The notes beneath the pieces are model-generated. The model was given only the letters and a program-made list of their open reading frames with translations. It had not been told where the DNA came from and made no database searches. Positions 52,166 to 63,410 of a stretch of 64,000 nucleotides of DNA are shown one piece after another. The first letter of the stretch is position 1. Every line of letters begins with the position of its first letter. Position numbers and translations under genes: made by a program. The DNA is from Candidatus Acidiferrales bacterium (GTDB taxonomy: Bacteria > Acidobacteriota > Terriglobia > Acidiferrales > UBA7541): contig JBJKSI010000125.1 in the NCBI GenBank assembly GCA_046704165.1, forward strand, positions 5,672 to 69,671, written 5' to 3'.

Positions 52166-52239
52166 GGCTGGCTGTCACCTTACCTTGTGGTGGATTTTCG
52201 GTTAAGCGCGCAGGCAGGAGTACTCGCTCCACTGGGTGG

Positions 52240-53202
52240 CTACGAGTCCGCCGGCTGCTGCTCGACCTGTGCGTATTCGGAGAGGTACCACTCCCAGGTG
52301 CGGCGCAAACCTTCCTCGAAATTGACGCTTGGCTCGTACCCGAGGATCTTGCGGGCGAGCGAGATATCGGCCAGGGAATGGAGGATGTCGCCCTTGCGCG
52401 GCGGTTCGTAACGCGCCTTGGCCGGACGACCGGCCAGCCGCTCGAGGACGCCGAGTGTCTGGTTCAGCGTGACGCGTGAGCCTGTGGCGACGTTCATCAT
52501 GCGGCCGGAAACACCTTCGGCCGTACAAGCCGCCAGGACTGCCTGAACCACGTTGTCGATGTAGGTGAAATCGCGCGACTGCTCGCCGTCACCGAAAACC
52601 ACCGGCTGCTCGCCGCGAATCAGCGCCAGCATGAAGCGCGCCAGCACGCCGGAATAGGGCGAGCCCGGCTCCTGACGCGGCCCGAAAACGTTGAAAAAGC
52701 GCAGCGCCACCGTTTCCAGCCCGTAGACGCGGGTGAAGACCTGCAAATAGAGTTCGCCGGCAAATTTCGAGACGCCATACGGGGAGATCGGCGCCGCGGC
52801 CATCGTTTCAACCTTCGGGAGCGTGGGCTGGTCTCCATAGGCGGAAGAGGAGGCGGCATAGACGAGCCGGCGCACGCCCGCATCGCGCGCGGCCAGCAGC
52901 ACCTTCAGCGTCCCATCGACGTTGACCGTGTTTGTATCGAGCGGTGATTCCACCGAGCGCGGCACCGACGTCCGCGCCGCCAGGTGGATGACGAAATCGG
53001 CGCCCCGCGCGGCCCGCTGCACCGCTTCGAGATCGGTGACGCTCTCGCGGTGAAACTCCACGCGATCGAGCAAGCCCGCCAGGTTGCTCTCCTTGCCGGT
53101 CGAGAGATCGTCGATCACCACGATCGTTTCGCCTCGCCGTGCCAGTTCCCGCACGATCCCCGAACCGATGAAGCCTGCTCCGCCAGTGACTAAAAAGCGC
53201 AC
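52240..53202 (-). CDS. NAD-dependent nucleotide-sugar epimerase (WbpP/TviC-like extended SDR)
   Basis: 320 aa. MRFLVTGGAGFIGS, an intact catalytic SPYGVSKFAGE (YxxxK), LRFFNVFGPRQ, RDFTYIDNVV. Confidence 0.9.
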   Translation of the reverse strand: MRFLVTGGAGFIGSGIVRELARRGETIVVIDDLSTGKESNLAGLLDRVEFHRESVTDLEAVQRAARGADFVIHLAARTSVPRSVESPLDTNTVNVDGTLKVLLAARDAGVRRLVYAASSSAYGDQPTLPKVETMAAAPISPYGVSKFAGELYLQVFTRVYGLETVALRFFNVFGPRQEPGSPYSGVLARFMLALIRGEQPVVFGDGEQSRDFTYIDNVVQAVLAACTAEGVSGRMMNVATGSRVTLNQTLGVLERLAGRPAKARYEPPRKGDILHSLADISLARKILGYEPSVNFEEGLRRTWEWYLSEYAQVEQQPADS

Positions 53203-53359
53203 GCCGTCCTCCCGGGGATTTTTCCCCGTCCTTGCCGTTTGTTCTCGCTACAATCGTTCCATCTGGGAAAAGCGTCTAGGCCGACTATAGCCTCGCCGCC
53301 GCCTGGCCGCAACCGGGCCAAGCCGCCGAGGTAAATGCCCATTCCCGGGCGCGGCGAGA

Positions 53360-54172
53360 GTGGGGAAAAGGATGCGTTTGCAAAGGTCCACAGTCGCGGT
53401 TTCGTTCCTCATTGCCGCCTGGCTCGCTGCGGCAGGGCTGGTCTTCGCTGGCAGTTCTCCGGCCACCGGACACGCCGGTTCTCCAGGCGCTGCCGATGGC
53501 TGGACGGTCGAAGGGTTGAAACCGAAGACACCGTTCCACGTGGGCGAGAAGCTGCTCTACGAGATCGGCTACATGAGCATGCCCCAGGCGGCCACGGCAG
53601 AGTTGAAAGTGTTGCCGCACCTCGATTTTTACGGCCATCGCGGCGCCTGGCATTTCCAGGCCATGGCCCACACCGAGGACCCGTTGCGCTACGTCCTGGT
53701 GCTCGACGACCAGTTCGATTCCTACGCCGCCGCTTCCACGCTCGCCACGCTGCAATACGAGCTCTACCTGCACGAGAGGGGGACGAACTCCACGCGCAAA
53801 TTCTCGCTCAACGAGAGCACGCCGGGCACCGACAGGATCAACGCACCGTCCGATACCCGCGACCCTCTGGCCGCGCTCTACGCGCTGCGCGCAAACAACT
53901 GGCAGCGCCGGCCGGTAGTGCACTCGCCGGTCTACGACGGCACGCACTTTTACCGCATGACGGCCCGCATCACCCAGGCCCACGATTCGGTCACCGTGCC
54001 CGCCGGAACGTTCAATGCCTCGCAGATTTCCGTCAGCGTCTCCTCCGCCAGCGTGAATCAAGGCATGCAATTCACCATCTGGTTGGCCAACGATGCCGCA
54101 CACACGCCGGTCGAGGTCGACGCCGTGGTTCCCGTCGGCACGGTGAAGGCCATGCTGCTGCGCGTCGAATAG
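53360..54172 (+). CDS. DUF3108-like secreted protein
   Basis: 270 aa. Signal-like AVSFLIAAWLAAAGLVFAG. GEKLLYEIGYMSMPQAATAELKV and DPLAALYALR...FTIWLANDAAHTPVEVDAVVPVGTVKAMLL resemble DUF3108. The start is uncertain. Confidence 0.5.
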   Translation: MGKRMRLQRSTVAVSFLIAAWLAAAGLVFAGSSPATGHAGSPGAADGWTVEGLKPKTPFHVGEKLLYEIGYMSMPQAATAELKVLPHLDFYGHRGAWHFQAMAHTEDPLRYVLVLDDQFDSYAAASTLATLQYELYLHERGTNSTRKFSLNESTPGTDRINAPSDTRDPLAALYALRANNWQRRPVVHSPVYDGTHFYRMTARITQAHDSVTVPAGTFNASQISVSVSSASVNQGMQFTIWLANDAAHTPVEVDAVVPVGTVKAMLLRVE

Positions 54173-54286
54173 CCCAGGCACCTCGCCTTCGTTCTGTTGC
54201 CTCCTGCCTCTTTCCGTGCTTGTGTGGCGCCGCCCTTCAGTGCGGCAAGCGCCAGGGAAACGCGGTCTAACGCGACGTGCGCTGTA

Positions 54287-55006
54287 TCACCGCCCCGTGT
54301 AAAGCACCACTCCGGCGGAAACCTCCACGTCATGCACCAGTCCCGTCACAGGGAAAAAGCCTGCGCCAGGCGAACCTGGGCCGGTGGGCGCGCCGAGCCT
54401 GGGCGGCGCGAGAACGTAGTCGCGGACGCCAACCCGAAAGCCGAAATGCTTTGTGAGCTTTTCCTCCACACCGAAACCGTAATTGAAATCGAATTTGTCG
54501 CCACTCGAAAGCGTCGCCGGGCCGGCGATGAATCCCTGGGTCGACGCAACGCGCTTGGCCTCATCTGTGGGGCTGAAGCGCAGGAAACCGACGCCGAAGG
54601 CTGCGAACGGGCGCATGCGGCTGCCCGGCCCGGCGAGGAAATAGAGAACGTCGCCGCTCACTTGTTGCACACGCGCGCCAAAACCGCGCACGAGCGGCGG
54701 CACCTGATTGAGGTCGCGGACGCGTAGATTGTTTGTGCCGTAGGCGTAGGAGCCTTCCACCGAAAGATGCCCGGTGATGTCGAGTGTGGCGCGTACGCCG
54801 GCCCGGCCGCCGCTGGCATACGAGGTGTGATAGGTCTGGCCGTTGGCCAGGAAGGTGCGGTCAGATTTCAGGAACGAGCCGGCGCCGAAGAGCGTGAATC
54901 GCAGGTTTCTCCCCTGCGCGGCCAGTCCGGGAGTGAACAGCAGAACCAGCAGCGCAATGGCGGAGGGTAAAACCAATTTACGAAAGGAAAGGAATGTTCC
55001 GCGCAT
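54287..55006 (-). CDS. Outer-membrane beta-barrel (OmpA-like barrel / OMP_b-brl) protein
   Basis: ATG 55006 (MRGTFLSFRKLVLPSAIALLVLLFTPGLAAQ signal). Alternating-hydrophobic strands with aromatic girdle (FTLFGAGSF, GVRATLDITGHLSVEGSYAYG, YGFGVEEKL, GFRVGVRDY). Confidence 0.5.
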   Translation of the reverse strand: MRGTFLSFRKLVLPSAIALLVLLFTPGLAAQGRNLRFTLFGAGSFLKSDRTFLANGQTYHTSYASGGRAGVRATLDITGHLSVEGSYAYGTNNLRVRDLNQVPPLVRGFGARVQQVSGDVLYFLAGPGSRMRPFAAFGVGFLRFSPTDEAKRVASTQGFIAGPATLSSGDKFDFNYGFGVEEKLTKHFGFRVGVRDYVLAPPRLGAPTGPGSPGAGFFPVTGLVHDVEVSAGVVLYTGR

Positions 55007-55253
55007 GTTTTTCCCCTGGAATAGCGGTCTTGTCTCTACGCTTAGCAGAGAAGCGCTGCGAAGTCCACAGAACTCCATCGGAATCGCGCTGGGAGGGAGA
55101 GAAAACGCCGACGAGACGCCGGCGTTGCAAAAGCCGGGCGGCGACCGGTTCGAGTGGCGCGGACATTCCTGTCCGCGGGTCTCGGCCCTCGCTGCGCAGG
55201 CTGCAACAGGCACTGCGGTCGCTGTATCTCGCCGGTTTTTCCCGCTCGTCCAG

Positions 55254-56624
55254 CTAGCAGCGAACGATCCTTTCCCGGTTGCGCGTCACGCTCTTTGTGG
55301 CGTTGCGGGTGTCGATCACCAGCGGTGCCGCATTCACGATTGACTGGTAGTCGTAGGCGGAATGGTCCGTGGCGACCAACACGCAGTCGTATCCGGCCAG
55401 CTTTTCCGGCGAGATGTCGGCCGACTGCATGTGCGAATAGTCGTAGTGGCGCATCTTGTGGAGCTTCGGGAAGTAGGGATCGTTGTAATCCACCACCGCA
55501 CCGCGATGCTGGAGCAGTTCGATGATCTTCAGTGAAGGCGATTCGCGCAGATCGTCGATGTCCTTCTTGTAGGAGACGCCGAGCACCAGCACCCGCGATC
55601 CCTTCAGGCTCTTCTCGCGATCGTTCAGCGCCCCAGCCACGGCGTCCACCACGTGGTAGGGCATGGCGATGTTGATTTCGCCGGCCAGCTCGATGAAGCG
55701 CGTGGCGAAATCGTATTCGTGCGCCTTCCACGAAAGATAGAACGGATCGATCGGGATGCAGTGCCCGCCCAGTCCCGGACCGGGCCAGAAGGGCATGAAA
55801 CCGAATGGCTTGGTGGAAGCGGTCTCGATCACTTCCCAGATGTCGACGTTCATGCGCAGCGAGAGCATCTTCAGCTCGTTGACCAGCGCGATGTTCACGC
55901 CGCGGAAGATGTTTTCGAGCAGCTTCACCATCTCGGCCGTTCGCGTCGACGTGACGGGGACCACGCGAGCCACGCCTTGCGCGTAAAGGGCCGCCGCGGC
56001 ACGGCTGCTGGCCGGATTGATGCCGCCGACCACCTTGGGGATCTTGCGCAGCGTGTATTCTTTGTTGCCGGGATCCTCGCGCTCGGGCGAGAAAGCCAGG
56101 TAGAAGTCGCTAGCCACCTCCTCGCGCGCCGAGATCGGGCAGCGCAGGCCATTCTCTTCCAGGATCGGCAGCACCAGTTCGTCGGTGGTGCCGGGATATG
56201 TGGTGCTTTCGAGCACGACGAGTTGCCCCGGCTGCAGCGTCTTGGCGATCGCCTTGGCTGTGTCAACCACATAGGTCAAGTCGGGCTGGCGCCGCTCGTC
56301 GAGCGGCGTGGGCACGCAGATCAGGATCGCGTCCATCTCGGCGAGGCGGCCGAAATCCACAGTGGCTTCGAACCTGCCGGACTCGCGCCGTTGGCGGATC
56401 TCCTCGGCGGAAATGTGGCGGATGTAGGTCTCGCCGGCGTTGAGTTTTTCTACTTTGGCCGGATCGAGATCGAAGCCGGTGACGCGATGCCCCACTTCGG
56501 CAAAACGCAGGGCGAGCGGCAGACCCACATAGCCGCAGCCGATGATGCCAATCTTCAAGTCTTTGTTGTCGAAACGTTCCGCAGTTCTGTTGTCCATGAG
56601 AATCCAGCCTTTCACATTTTCCAT
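55254..56624 (-). CDS. Nucleotide-sugar 6-dehydrogenase (UDP-glucose/GDP-mannose dehydrogenase family; WbpA/TviB/WecC-like)
   Basis: 456 aa. KIGIIGCGYVGLPLALRFAEVGHRVTGFDLD, CVPTP, the catalytic region GLGGHCIPIDP, and a C-terminal VLGVSYKKDIDDLRESP. The start may be the downstream Met (MDNRT). Confidence 0.9.
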   Translation of the reverse strand: MENVKGWILMDNRTAERFDNKDLKIGIIGCGYVGLPLALRFAEVGHRVTGFDLDPAKVEKLNAGETYIRHISAEEIRQRRESGRFEATVDFGRLAEMDAILICVPTPLDERRQPDLTYVVDTAKAIAKTLQPGQLVVLESTTYPGTTDELVLPILEENGLRCPISAREEVASDFYLAFSPEREDPGNKEYTLRKIPKVVGGINPASSRAAAALYAQGVARVVPVTSTRTAEMVKLLENIFRGVNIALVNELKMLSLRMNVDIWEVIETASTKPFGFMPFWPGPGLGGHCIPIDPFYLSWKAHEYDFATRFIELAGEINIAMPYHVVDAVAGALNDREKSLKGSRVLVLGVSYKKDIDDLRESPSLKIIELLQHRGAVVDYNDPYFPKLHKMRHYDYSHMQSADISPEKLAGYDCVLVATDHSAYDYQSIVNAAPLVIDTRNATKSVTRNRERIVRC

Positions 56625-56890
56625 GCCGCGTTCGAGAGATGGCGGGAAAGCCTCCTCAGTAAGTCAAACTATAGCAGGGAACTGGGGTGGTCGAAACTCT
56701 GCCCGTTGCGCTCAGAGCGGCGATTTCGCGTATGCGAACGTTTGAGCTTTTAGCAATAACTCTTTGGGCCGCGACGCTCGCGAGTCTACCCACCCTTGCC
56801 GCCCGCTTCCGTCTATGATTCCGCAAACGAGTGCGGAAACCGGTCTGGAAGCTTCAAGACGGGGATAGGGGAGCCGGGAGTGAAGACGCG

Positions 56891-57370
56891 ATGAAACAGC
56901 AGTGCTACATGGGCCTGATCTATCTGAACTGGGTTGTCTACCTCGGCGGTTTGCTCTACCTCGTCTGGCTCGGCAACTACGCGGTGGCGGGTTTCTGGCT
57001 GGTGGTCTTGCCGTTGGGGTTGTGGGCCTACCTCCGGCTGTTTCCGGCGATTTCAACCTACCTTGGATATGGCAGCGTTGAAGACCAGCGCACGAGAGGC
57101 GTGGTCTACCAGCCGGTGCAGGCCAAGGTATACCTCTATGTGGCGCTCGGCTGCCCGTTTTGCCCTCTGGTGGAGAGTCGCCTGAGGTCGCTGCGGGCGA
57201 AAATGGGTTTCGAAATCGAAAAGATCGACGTCACCTACTATCCCGATCTGCTCAAGAAGAAAGGCATTCGCGCCGTGCCGGTGGTCGAGGTCGGCGAGCG
57301 GCGTCTGGTGGGCCACGCCACCACCGACCAATTGGCTGCCTTGATTACGGGCAGCGCCAAAGCCGCTTGA
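56891..57370 (+). CDS. Membrane-anchored thioredoxin/glutaredoxin-fold protein
   Basis: ATG 56891. Two or three TM helices (LIYLNWVVYLGGLLYLVWLGNYAVAGFWLVVLPLGLWAYL), then VYLYVALGCPFCPLVESRL...GIRAVPVVEVGERRLVG, a CPFC redox motif in a Grx-like fold. Confidence 0.45.
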   Translation: MKQQCYMGLIYLNWVVYLGGLLYLVWLGNYAVAGFWLVVLPLGLWAYLRLFPAISTYLGYGSVEDQRTRGVVYQPVQAKVYLYVALGCPFCPLVESRLRSLRAKMGFEIEKIDVTYYPDLLKKKGIRAVPVVEVGERRLVGHATTDQLAALITGSAKAA

Positions 57371-57395
57371 GTGTGCCCTCCTTGCCGGCGAAGCC

Positions 57396-58973
57396 TCAGT
57401 GCCCTCGCGATTCCGATTTGTATTGCGGTTTGTGCATCAGCCAGGCCAGCGGCGCCACCACCACGAACAGTACGGCGAGCAGCCGGAAATCGTCCACGTA
57501 GCTGAGCACTGCCGCCTGCTGCAGCGTGAGCCGGTAGACCATCGCCATCGCCTGCTTTGTGGCCTCCACCGCGCCCGAGCCGTGGCTCAGGAAATCGGAC
57601 CGGATCCCGGCAAGGAAGTTGTGCAGAACGTTGCTGGTGTTCGTCACATGGGCCACCAGCCGTGTCTGGTGCCTCTGTCGGCTGCGCGCCAGTTCCGTTG
57701 CCACGATCGAGATGCCCACGCTGGCGCCGATATTCCGCATCAGCGCGATGATGCTGGTGGCGTAGCCCATCTCCTCGCTCGGAATGGGATCGACGGTGAT
57801 CGTCGCCAGCGGTGGAAAGGTGAACGACAGGCCCGCGCCCATCAGCACCTGCGGCCAGACGAAACTCCACGGCCCGGCGCTCAGGTTCAGCAGCGAGAAC
57901 GAGTACACGCCCACGGCCGAAACCAGCAGCCCGCAGAAAATCATCGCCCGCATGTCCCATCGCCGCCCGATCAGGATTCCGGCAATCGGCATTAAGGCCA
58001 TCGTCGCCATTCCTCGAGGAGAATTCCAGAACCCGGCAGTGATCGCCGGGAAGCCTAACAACTCCTGCATGTAGAGCGGAATCAGCACGATGCTGCCGTA
58101 AAGCACGAAGCCGAGAATCGCCGAGAGCGCCGTGCCCACGGCGAACGTGCGGAACTTCAGCAGCCGGAAATGCACCAGCGGGTGTTTCGATAGCAGTTCC
58201 CAGATCACGAACGTCACCAGGCAGACGACCGCGATGATCGCCAGTGCCACGATGAAGTGCGATCCGAACCAGTCGTCCTCCTGGCCTTTGTCCAGCATCA
58301 CCTGCAGCGCGGCGATGCCCGTCACCAGCATCCCAAGGCCCCAGTAATCCATACGCAGCCCGCCGCGGCGGATATACGGCGGATCATGGATGAACAGGTA
58401 GAGCAGGATCAGTCCGAGGATGCCGAACGGCAAATTGATGAAGAAAACCCAGCGCCAGGAATAGTCGGTTGTCAACCAGCCGCCCAGCACCGGCGCCAGG
58501 ATCGGTGCCACGACGATCCCCACGCCCCAGAACGCCATCGCATGGCCCCGCTCCTCGCGCGGAAACGTTTCGAGCAGGATCGCCCGCGTCGTTGGCTGCA
58601 GCGAACCGCCTGCCACCCCCTGCACCACGCGGAAAAAGATCAGCAGCGGCAGCGTCGGCGCCAGTCCGCATAACATGCTGGCCACCGTGAAGCCGCCGAC
58701 GGCCAGCATCAACAGCCGCTTCCGTCCAAAGTAATTCGCCAGCCAGCCGGCCAGCGGCAGCACCACCGCGTTCGAAACCAGGTAGGAAGTGAGGACCCAT
58801 GTTGCTTCGCTGGTCGTGGCGGAGAGGTTTCCGGCGATATAGGGCAGGCTGACGTTGACGGCCGAAGTGTCGATCAACTCCATCATCGCGCTGGCCATTA
58901 CCGCGATCGCCACCAGCCAGCGGCCGACGTTCGGGCTGTCAACCGAATTGTCGAAGGAAGTCGACGTGGCCAT
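57396..58973 (-). CDS. MFS transporter, DHA2 (EmrB/QacA, 14-TM) family
   Basis: 525 aa. MMELIDTSAVNVSLPYIAGNLSAT...WVLTSYLVSNAVVLPLAGWLANYFGRKRLL...FRVVQGVAGG. No adjacent HlyD/EmrA-type adaptor gene. Confidence 0.9.
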   Translation of the reverse strand: MATSTSFDNSVDSPNVGRWLVAIAVMASAMMELIDTSAVNVSLPYIAGNLSATTSEATWVLTSYLVSNAVVLPLAGWLANYFGRKRLLMLAVGGFTVASMLCGLAPTLPLLIFFRVVQGVAGGSLQPTTRAILLETFPREERGHAMAFWGVGIVVAPILAPVLGGWLTTDYSWRWVFFINLPFGILGLILLYLFIHDPPYIRRGGLRMDYWGLGMLVTGIAALQVMLDKGQEDDWFGSHFIVALAIIAVVCLVTFVIWELLSKHPLVHFRLLKFRTFAVGTALSAILGFVLYGSIVLIPLYMQELLGFPAITAGFWNSPRGMATMALMPIAGILIGRRWDMRAMIFCGLLVSAVGVYSFSLLNLSAGPWSFVWPQVLMGAGLSFTFPPLATITVDPIPSEEMGYATSIIALMRNIGASVGISIVATELARSRQRHQTRLVAHVTNTSNVLHNFLAGIRSDFLSHGSGAVEATKQAMAMVYRLTLQQAAVLSYVDDFRLLAVLFVVVAPLAWLMHKPQYKSESRGH

Positions 58974-59185
58974 GGAGACGGAGTCGGGAAATCCACGGGC
59001 GCGGCGGCAGGTCCGCGCCGCGCTCTACGAAATCCCTCCTTTCAGCGAGAACTTACTTCTGCGCCAAGAAAGACAAGATCGCCCCGCCCCGTTTCGAAAT
59101 CTTGCATCGGTTTACATCTTCGCGCAGATTCCCCGGCCGCGGCAAAAACGCTGAGTGCTTTCTCTCTCATCGGGTTTTCGCGGGC

Positions 59186-59215
59186 AAAAAAAGAGGCCCG
59201 GTTTTTCGCCGGGCC
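59186..59215 (-). terminator. Rho-independent terminator of the BON-domain gene
   Basis: Minus strand reads GGCCCGG-CGAAAAA-CCGGGCC followed by TCTTTTTTT. 7-bp GC stem (59195-59201 / 59209-59215). U-tract equals the forward A-run at 59186-59192. It lies about 33 nt after the stop at 59248. Confidence 0.75.
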
Positions 59216-59247
59216 CCGCGCTTGGGTGCCTTGCCGGAGGGACGAAC

Positions 59248-59880
59248 TTACACGACACGCAGCTTGTTTTTCACGGAGAAGACGTCCGGAACGGACCTCG
59301 CTCGCATGCCCGCGAATTGGCGGTCCGCCTGGTTTTCCACCACGCCGTAGAGCGTCACCCGGCCGTTATTCACCACGATGTGGATGCGGGGATTGACACC
59401 CAGCACGTAATGGAAAAGTGGCGATTGATGCATGAAGAGGGCCTGGAATTCTTCCATCCGGACCTGCCGGTTGAACGGCGAGACCGGAAGGTTCTTGACG
59501 TGGTTCACTACGTGTTCCACGCCGGGCAGTCCCTTCACGTAGCGCCCGACCGACTTGCGGGAAAGCGGAAACACCACCTGACCCCCCAGGATGACCGTCT
59601 TGCCCCGAATTCTGTAGTCGAGGTTGTCGAAAACGTTGTACCAGGGAATTGTGACCAGCCGTTTCCGGACCTCCTTGGAGAGTTTCCTAACCTGCGCGCC
59701 GGGCTGCGCGGAATTCGTCCGATAGATGGTTCCGGGCGGCGCGGCTGCCCCGAAGGCGGCCGAACTGCCGACGGTACCCATTGCGAAAACCAGTAGGACA
59801 GCCAGCATCCATCCCTTTATGCCAATGATCTTGTAGACTTTCTTCTGAGTGTCCATGGGCTGCCTCCTTTCCATGTCCAC
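59248..59880 (-). CDS. BON-domain (OsmY-like) periplasmic protein
   Basis: 210 aa. TM/signal GWMLAVLLVFAMGTVGSSAAFG. Two BON-like units (VRKRLVTIPWYNVFDNLDYRIRGKTVILGGQV...VKGLPGVEHVVNHV and IHIVVNNGRVTLYGVVENQADRQFAGMRARSVPDVFSVKNKL). Confidence 0.75.
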   Translation of the reverse strand: MDMERRQPMDTQKKVYKIIGIKGWMLAVLLVFAMGTVGSSAAFGAAAPPGTIYRTNSAQPGAQVRKLSKEVRKRLVTIPWYNVFDNLDYRIRGKTVILGGQVVFPLSRKSVGRYVKGLPGVEHVVNHVKNLPVSPFNRQVRMEEFQALFMHQSPLFHYVLGVNPRIHIVVNNGRVTLYGVVENQADRQFAGMRARSVPDVFSVKNKLRVV

Positions 59881-59974
59881 TGCCGGTTCCCGTTTTCCGG
59901 AACCTAGTTGTTTAGATGATGAGATCCCCGGGAAGCATCAGAAATGGCTTTTCGAACCAGATTTTTCGCTTCCT

Positions 59975-60003
59975 GAATGAAGTGGAATGACTTAGCTTGA
60001 ATG
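59975..60003 (+). repeat. Three direct GAATGA repeats in the BON/atp divergent intergenic region
   Basis: GAATGA at 59975-59980, 59985-59990 and 59998-60003 (10-nt and 13-nt registers), in a locally AT-rich stretch. Possible regulator binding sites; function unknown. Confidence 0.3.
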
Positions 60004-60133
60004 ACAGGAGTATTTGGCGCCGGATTGGGCTTCGTGGCGGCGCCGTTCCGTTTCGGGTTTCTCCCCGCGGACCGGCGTGCGGCTTAGTCCCGTGAAGGTT
60101 GACACATGGAGGAAAAGTTGTCTTCAGGCGTCG

Positions 60134-60162
60134 TTGACGCCCCGAAGGCCAGATGCTATAAG
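60134..60162 (+). promoter_or_regulatory. Candidate sigma70-type promoter of the atp (b'-b-delta-alpha-gamma) operon
   Basis: TTGACG (60134-60139), 17 nt, TATAAG (60157-60162), about 60 nt upstream of the first atp start codon. Confidence 0.4.
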
Positions 60163-60224
60163 TTTCCCTTTTATCCGGTCCTGGAAATCACCCCGAGAAG
60201 GGCACAAACTGCAAGGGTGGAACT

Positions 60225-60695
60225 GTGGGAATACTGCACCAGACCCTGAACCTGATCGTCTCGTCGCTGCCGACGGTCTTTATCGTATTCCTCTTCTACC
60301 TGTTCGCGCGGGGTGTGTTTTTCAAGCCGATGCTGCGCATGCTCGACGAGCGCACCGCGCGAACCGAAGGGGCGCGGAGCGATGCGGCGCGGCTCGACGC
60401 CCAGGCACAGGAAAAACTGGCCCTCTACCATCGCGCCCTCGATAAGGTGCGCACTGAAATCTATGGCGAACAGGAAGCCGCCCGCCACACCGCGCTCGAG
60501 GAGCGCAGCCGGCTGCTCCACGAGACTCGCGCCAAGGCCAGCGAGCGGGTCCGCCGCGAAAAAGAGCGCCTCGACGGCGAACTGGCCGGTGCCAGCGCCC
60601 AGGTGGACCGCGAAAGCGGGCATCTGGCGGAACAGGCGGCGCAGGCGGTGCTGTCCGAATCCTCCCCGGTCGGGGAAACGGCGGGAGAGGCGTGA
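60225..60695 (+). CDS. F-type ATP synthase subunit b' (b-like)
   Basis: 156 aa with a GTG start after AAGGGTGGA. A single N-terminal TM (LIVSSLPTVFIVFLFYLFARGVFFKPMLRMLDERT), then a long charged Ala/Arg/Glu helix. The stop overlaps the next start (GTGA). Confidence 0.75.
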   Translation: MGILHQTLNLIVSSLPTVFIVFLFYLFARGVFFKPMLRMLDERTARTEGARSDAARLDAQAQEKLALYHRALDKVRTEIYGEQEAARHTALEERSRLLHETRAKASERVRREKERLDGELAGASAQVDRESGHLAEQAAQAVLSESSPVGETAGEA

Positions 60696-61288
60696 TGAGG
60701 ATCGAAAGGAAATCGCTGATGAAGCGGCTCCCGCCGGCGTCGGCGCTGCTGCTGCTCGCTCCGGTGGCTGCCGCGGCGCAGGTATCGGGCGTCGAAGCCC
60801 ACCCCGTCACCGACTGGATCTTCCGCTGGCTGAATTTCGCGCTGGTCTTCGGCGTGGGCGGCTGGTGGGTCGGGCGCAAACTGAAGGTAGTGTTCCGGCG
60901 CCGCGCGGACAAGATCTACGCCACGATCGCCGAGGCTGAAGCCGAGCGCCGGCAGGCGATCGAGCGCCTGCAGGCCGCCGAGGCGAGCCTGGCCGGGCTT
61001 GAGCGCGAAGCGGCCGAGATGCGCGATCGGGCGCGCCGCGATTCGGCTGCCGAAGCCGATCGCATTCGCGCCATGGCCCGCGAGGATGCCGAGCGGATCG
61101 AACGTGCCGCTGACGCGGAAATCGCGGCGGCCGAGCGCACCGCGGTGAATCGGCTGCGCGACCTGGCCGTCGCGCGTACGATCGAGCGCGCCCGCGAACT
61201 GGTTGTTCGGCGCATGACTCCGGCGGTCGACGCCCGGCTGTTCCAGCGGTTTGTCGCCGCGCTGGATCGCGTGGGGAGCCGCTCATGA
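60692..61288 (+). CDS. atpF: F-type ATP synthase subunit b
   Basis: 198 aa. Hydrophobic N-terminus (WLNFALVFGVGGWWVG) plus an extended coiled helix (AEAERRQAIERLQAAEASLAGLEREAAEMRDRARRD...). It sits directly before atpH with an ATGA overlap. Confidence 0.75.
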   Translation: MMRIERKSLMKRLPPASALLLLAPVAAAAQVSGVEAHPVTDWIFRWLNFALVFGVGGWWVGRKLKVVFRRRADKIYATIAEAEAERRQAIERLQAAEASLAGLEREAAEMRDRARRDSAAEADRIRAMAREDAERIERAADAEIAAAERTAVNRLRDLAVARTIERARELVVRRMTPAVDARLFQRFVAALDRVGSRS

Positions 61289-61818
61289 CCCCCGAACGCA
61301 GCTACGCCGAAGCCCTGGCCGACGTTGCTCTGGCAGAAAACCGAGCCGAGGCGGTCCGTCGCGAGCTTTCCGATTTCCTGAAGATGATGGCCGAATCCGC
61401 CGACTTGCGGAACTTCCTCGAAAGTCCGGCGGTGACCGTCGAGGCCAAACACTCGGTGATCGCCAAGCTGGTCGAGCGCATGGGTGCCAGCGAGGCGCTT
61501 CGGAATTTCCTCTACCTCATCGTCGATCACCAGCGCGTCACGCTGCTCGCCGCCATCGGCGAGGCGTTTGGCCGCGAGCTGAACTCGCGGCTCGGTATTC
61601 TGGAAGCCGCGATCAGCGCCGCGCGCCAGCTCTCCGAGGAAGAGAAACGGACGCTGGTGGCCGTGCTCGAACGGCAAACCGGCAAGAAGGTCGAGGCAAG
61701 CTATCGGGTCGATCCGGAACTGCTCGGCGGCGCTGTGGTGCGCATCGGCTCGACCGTGTACGACGGATCGGTGCGCAACGGTTTGGAGCGCTTGCGCGCC
61801 CGCATGGCGGCTGTATAA
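61285..61818 (+). CDS. atpH: F-type ATP synthase subunit delta (OSCP)
   Basis: 177 aa. YAEALADVALAENRAEAVRRELSDF..., C-terminal VDPELLGGAVVRIGSTVYDGSVRNGLERL is the OSCP signature. Confidence 0.85.
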   Translation: MTPERSYAEALADVALAENRAEAVRRELSDFLKMMAESADLRNFLESPAVTVEAKHSVIAKLVERMGASEALRNFLYLIVDHQRVTLLAAIGEAFGRELNSRLGILEAAISAARQLSEEEKRTLVAVLERQTGKKVEASYRVDPELLGGAVVRIGSTVYDGSVRNGLERLRARMAAV

Positions 61819-61836
61819 CTGAACGAAGGAAGGCTT

Positions 61837-63390
<1,554 letters not shown>

Positions 63391-63410
63391 GGAGAGACGA
63401 GCCAGCTTCG

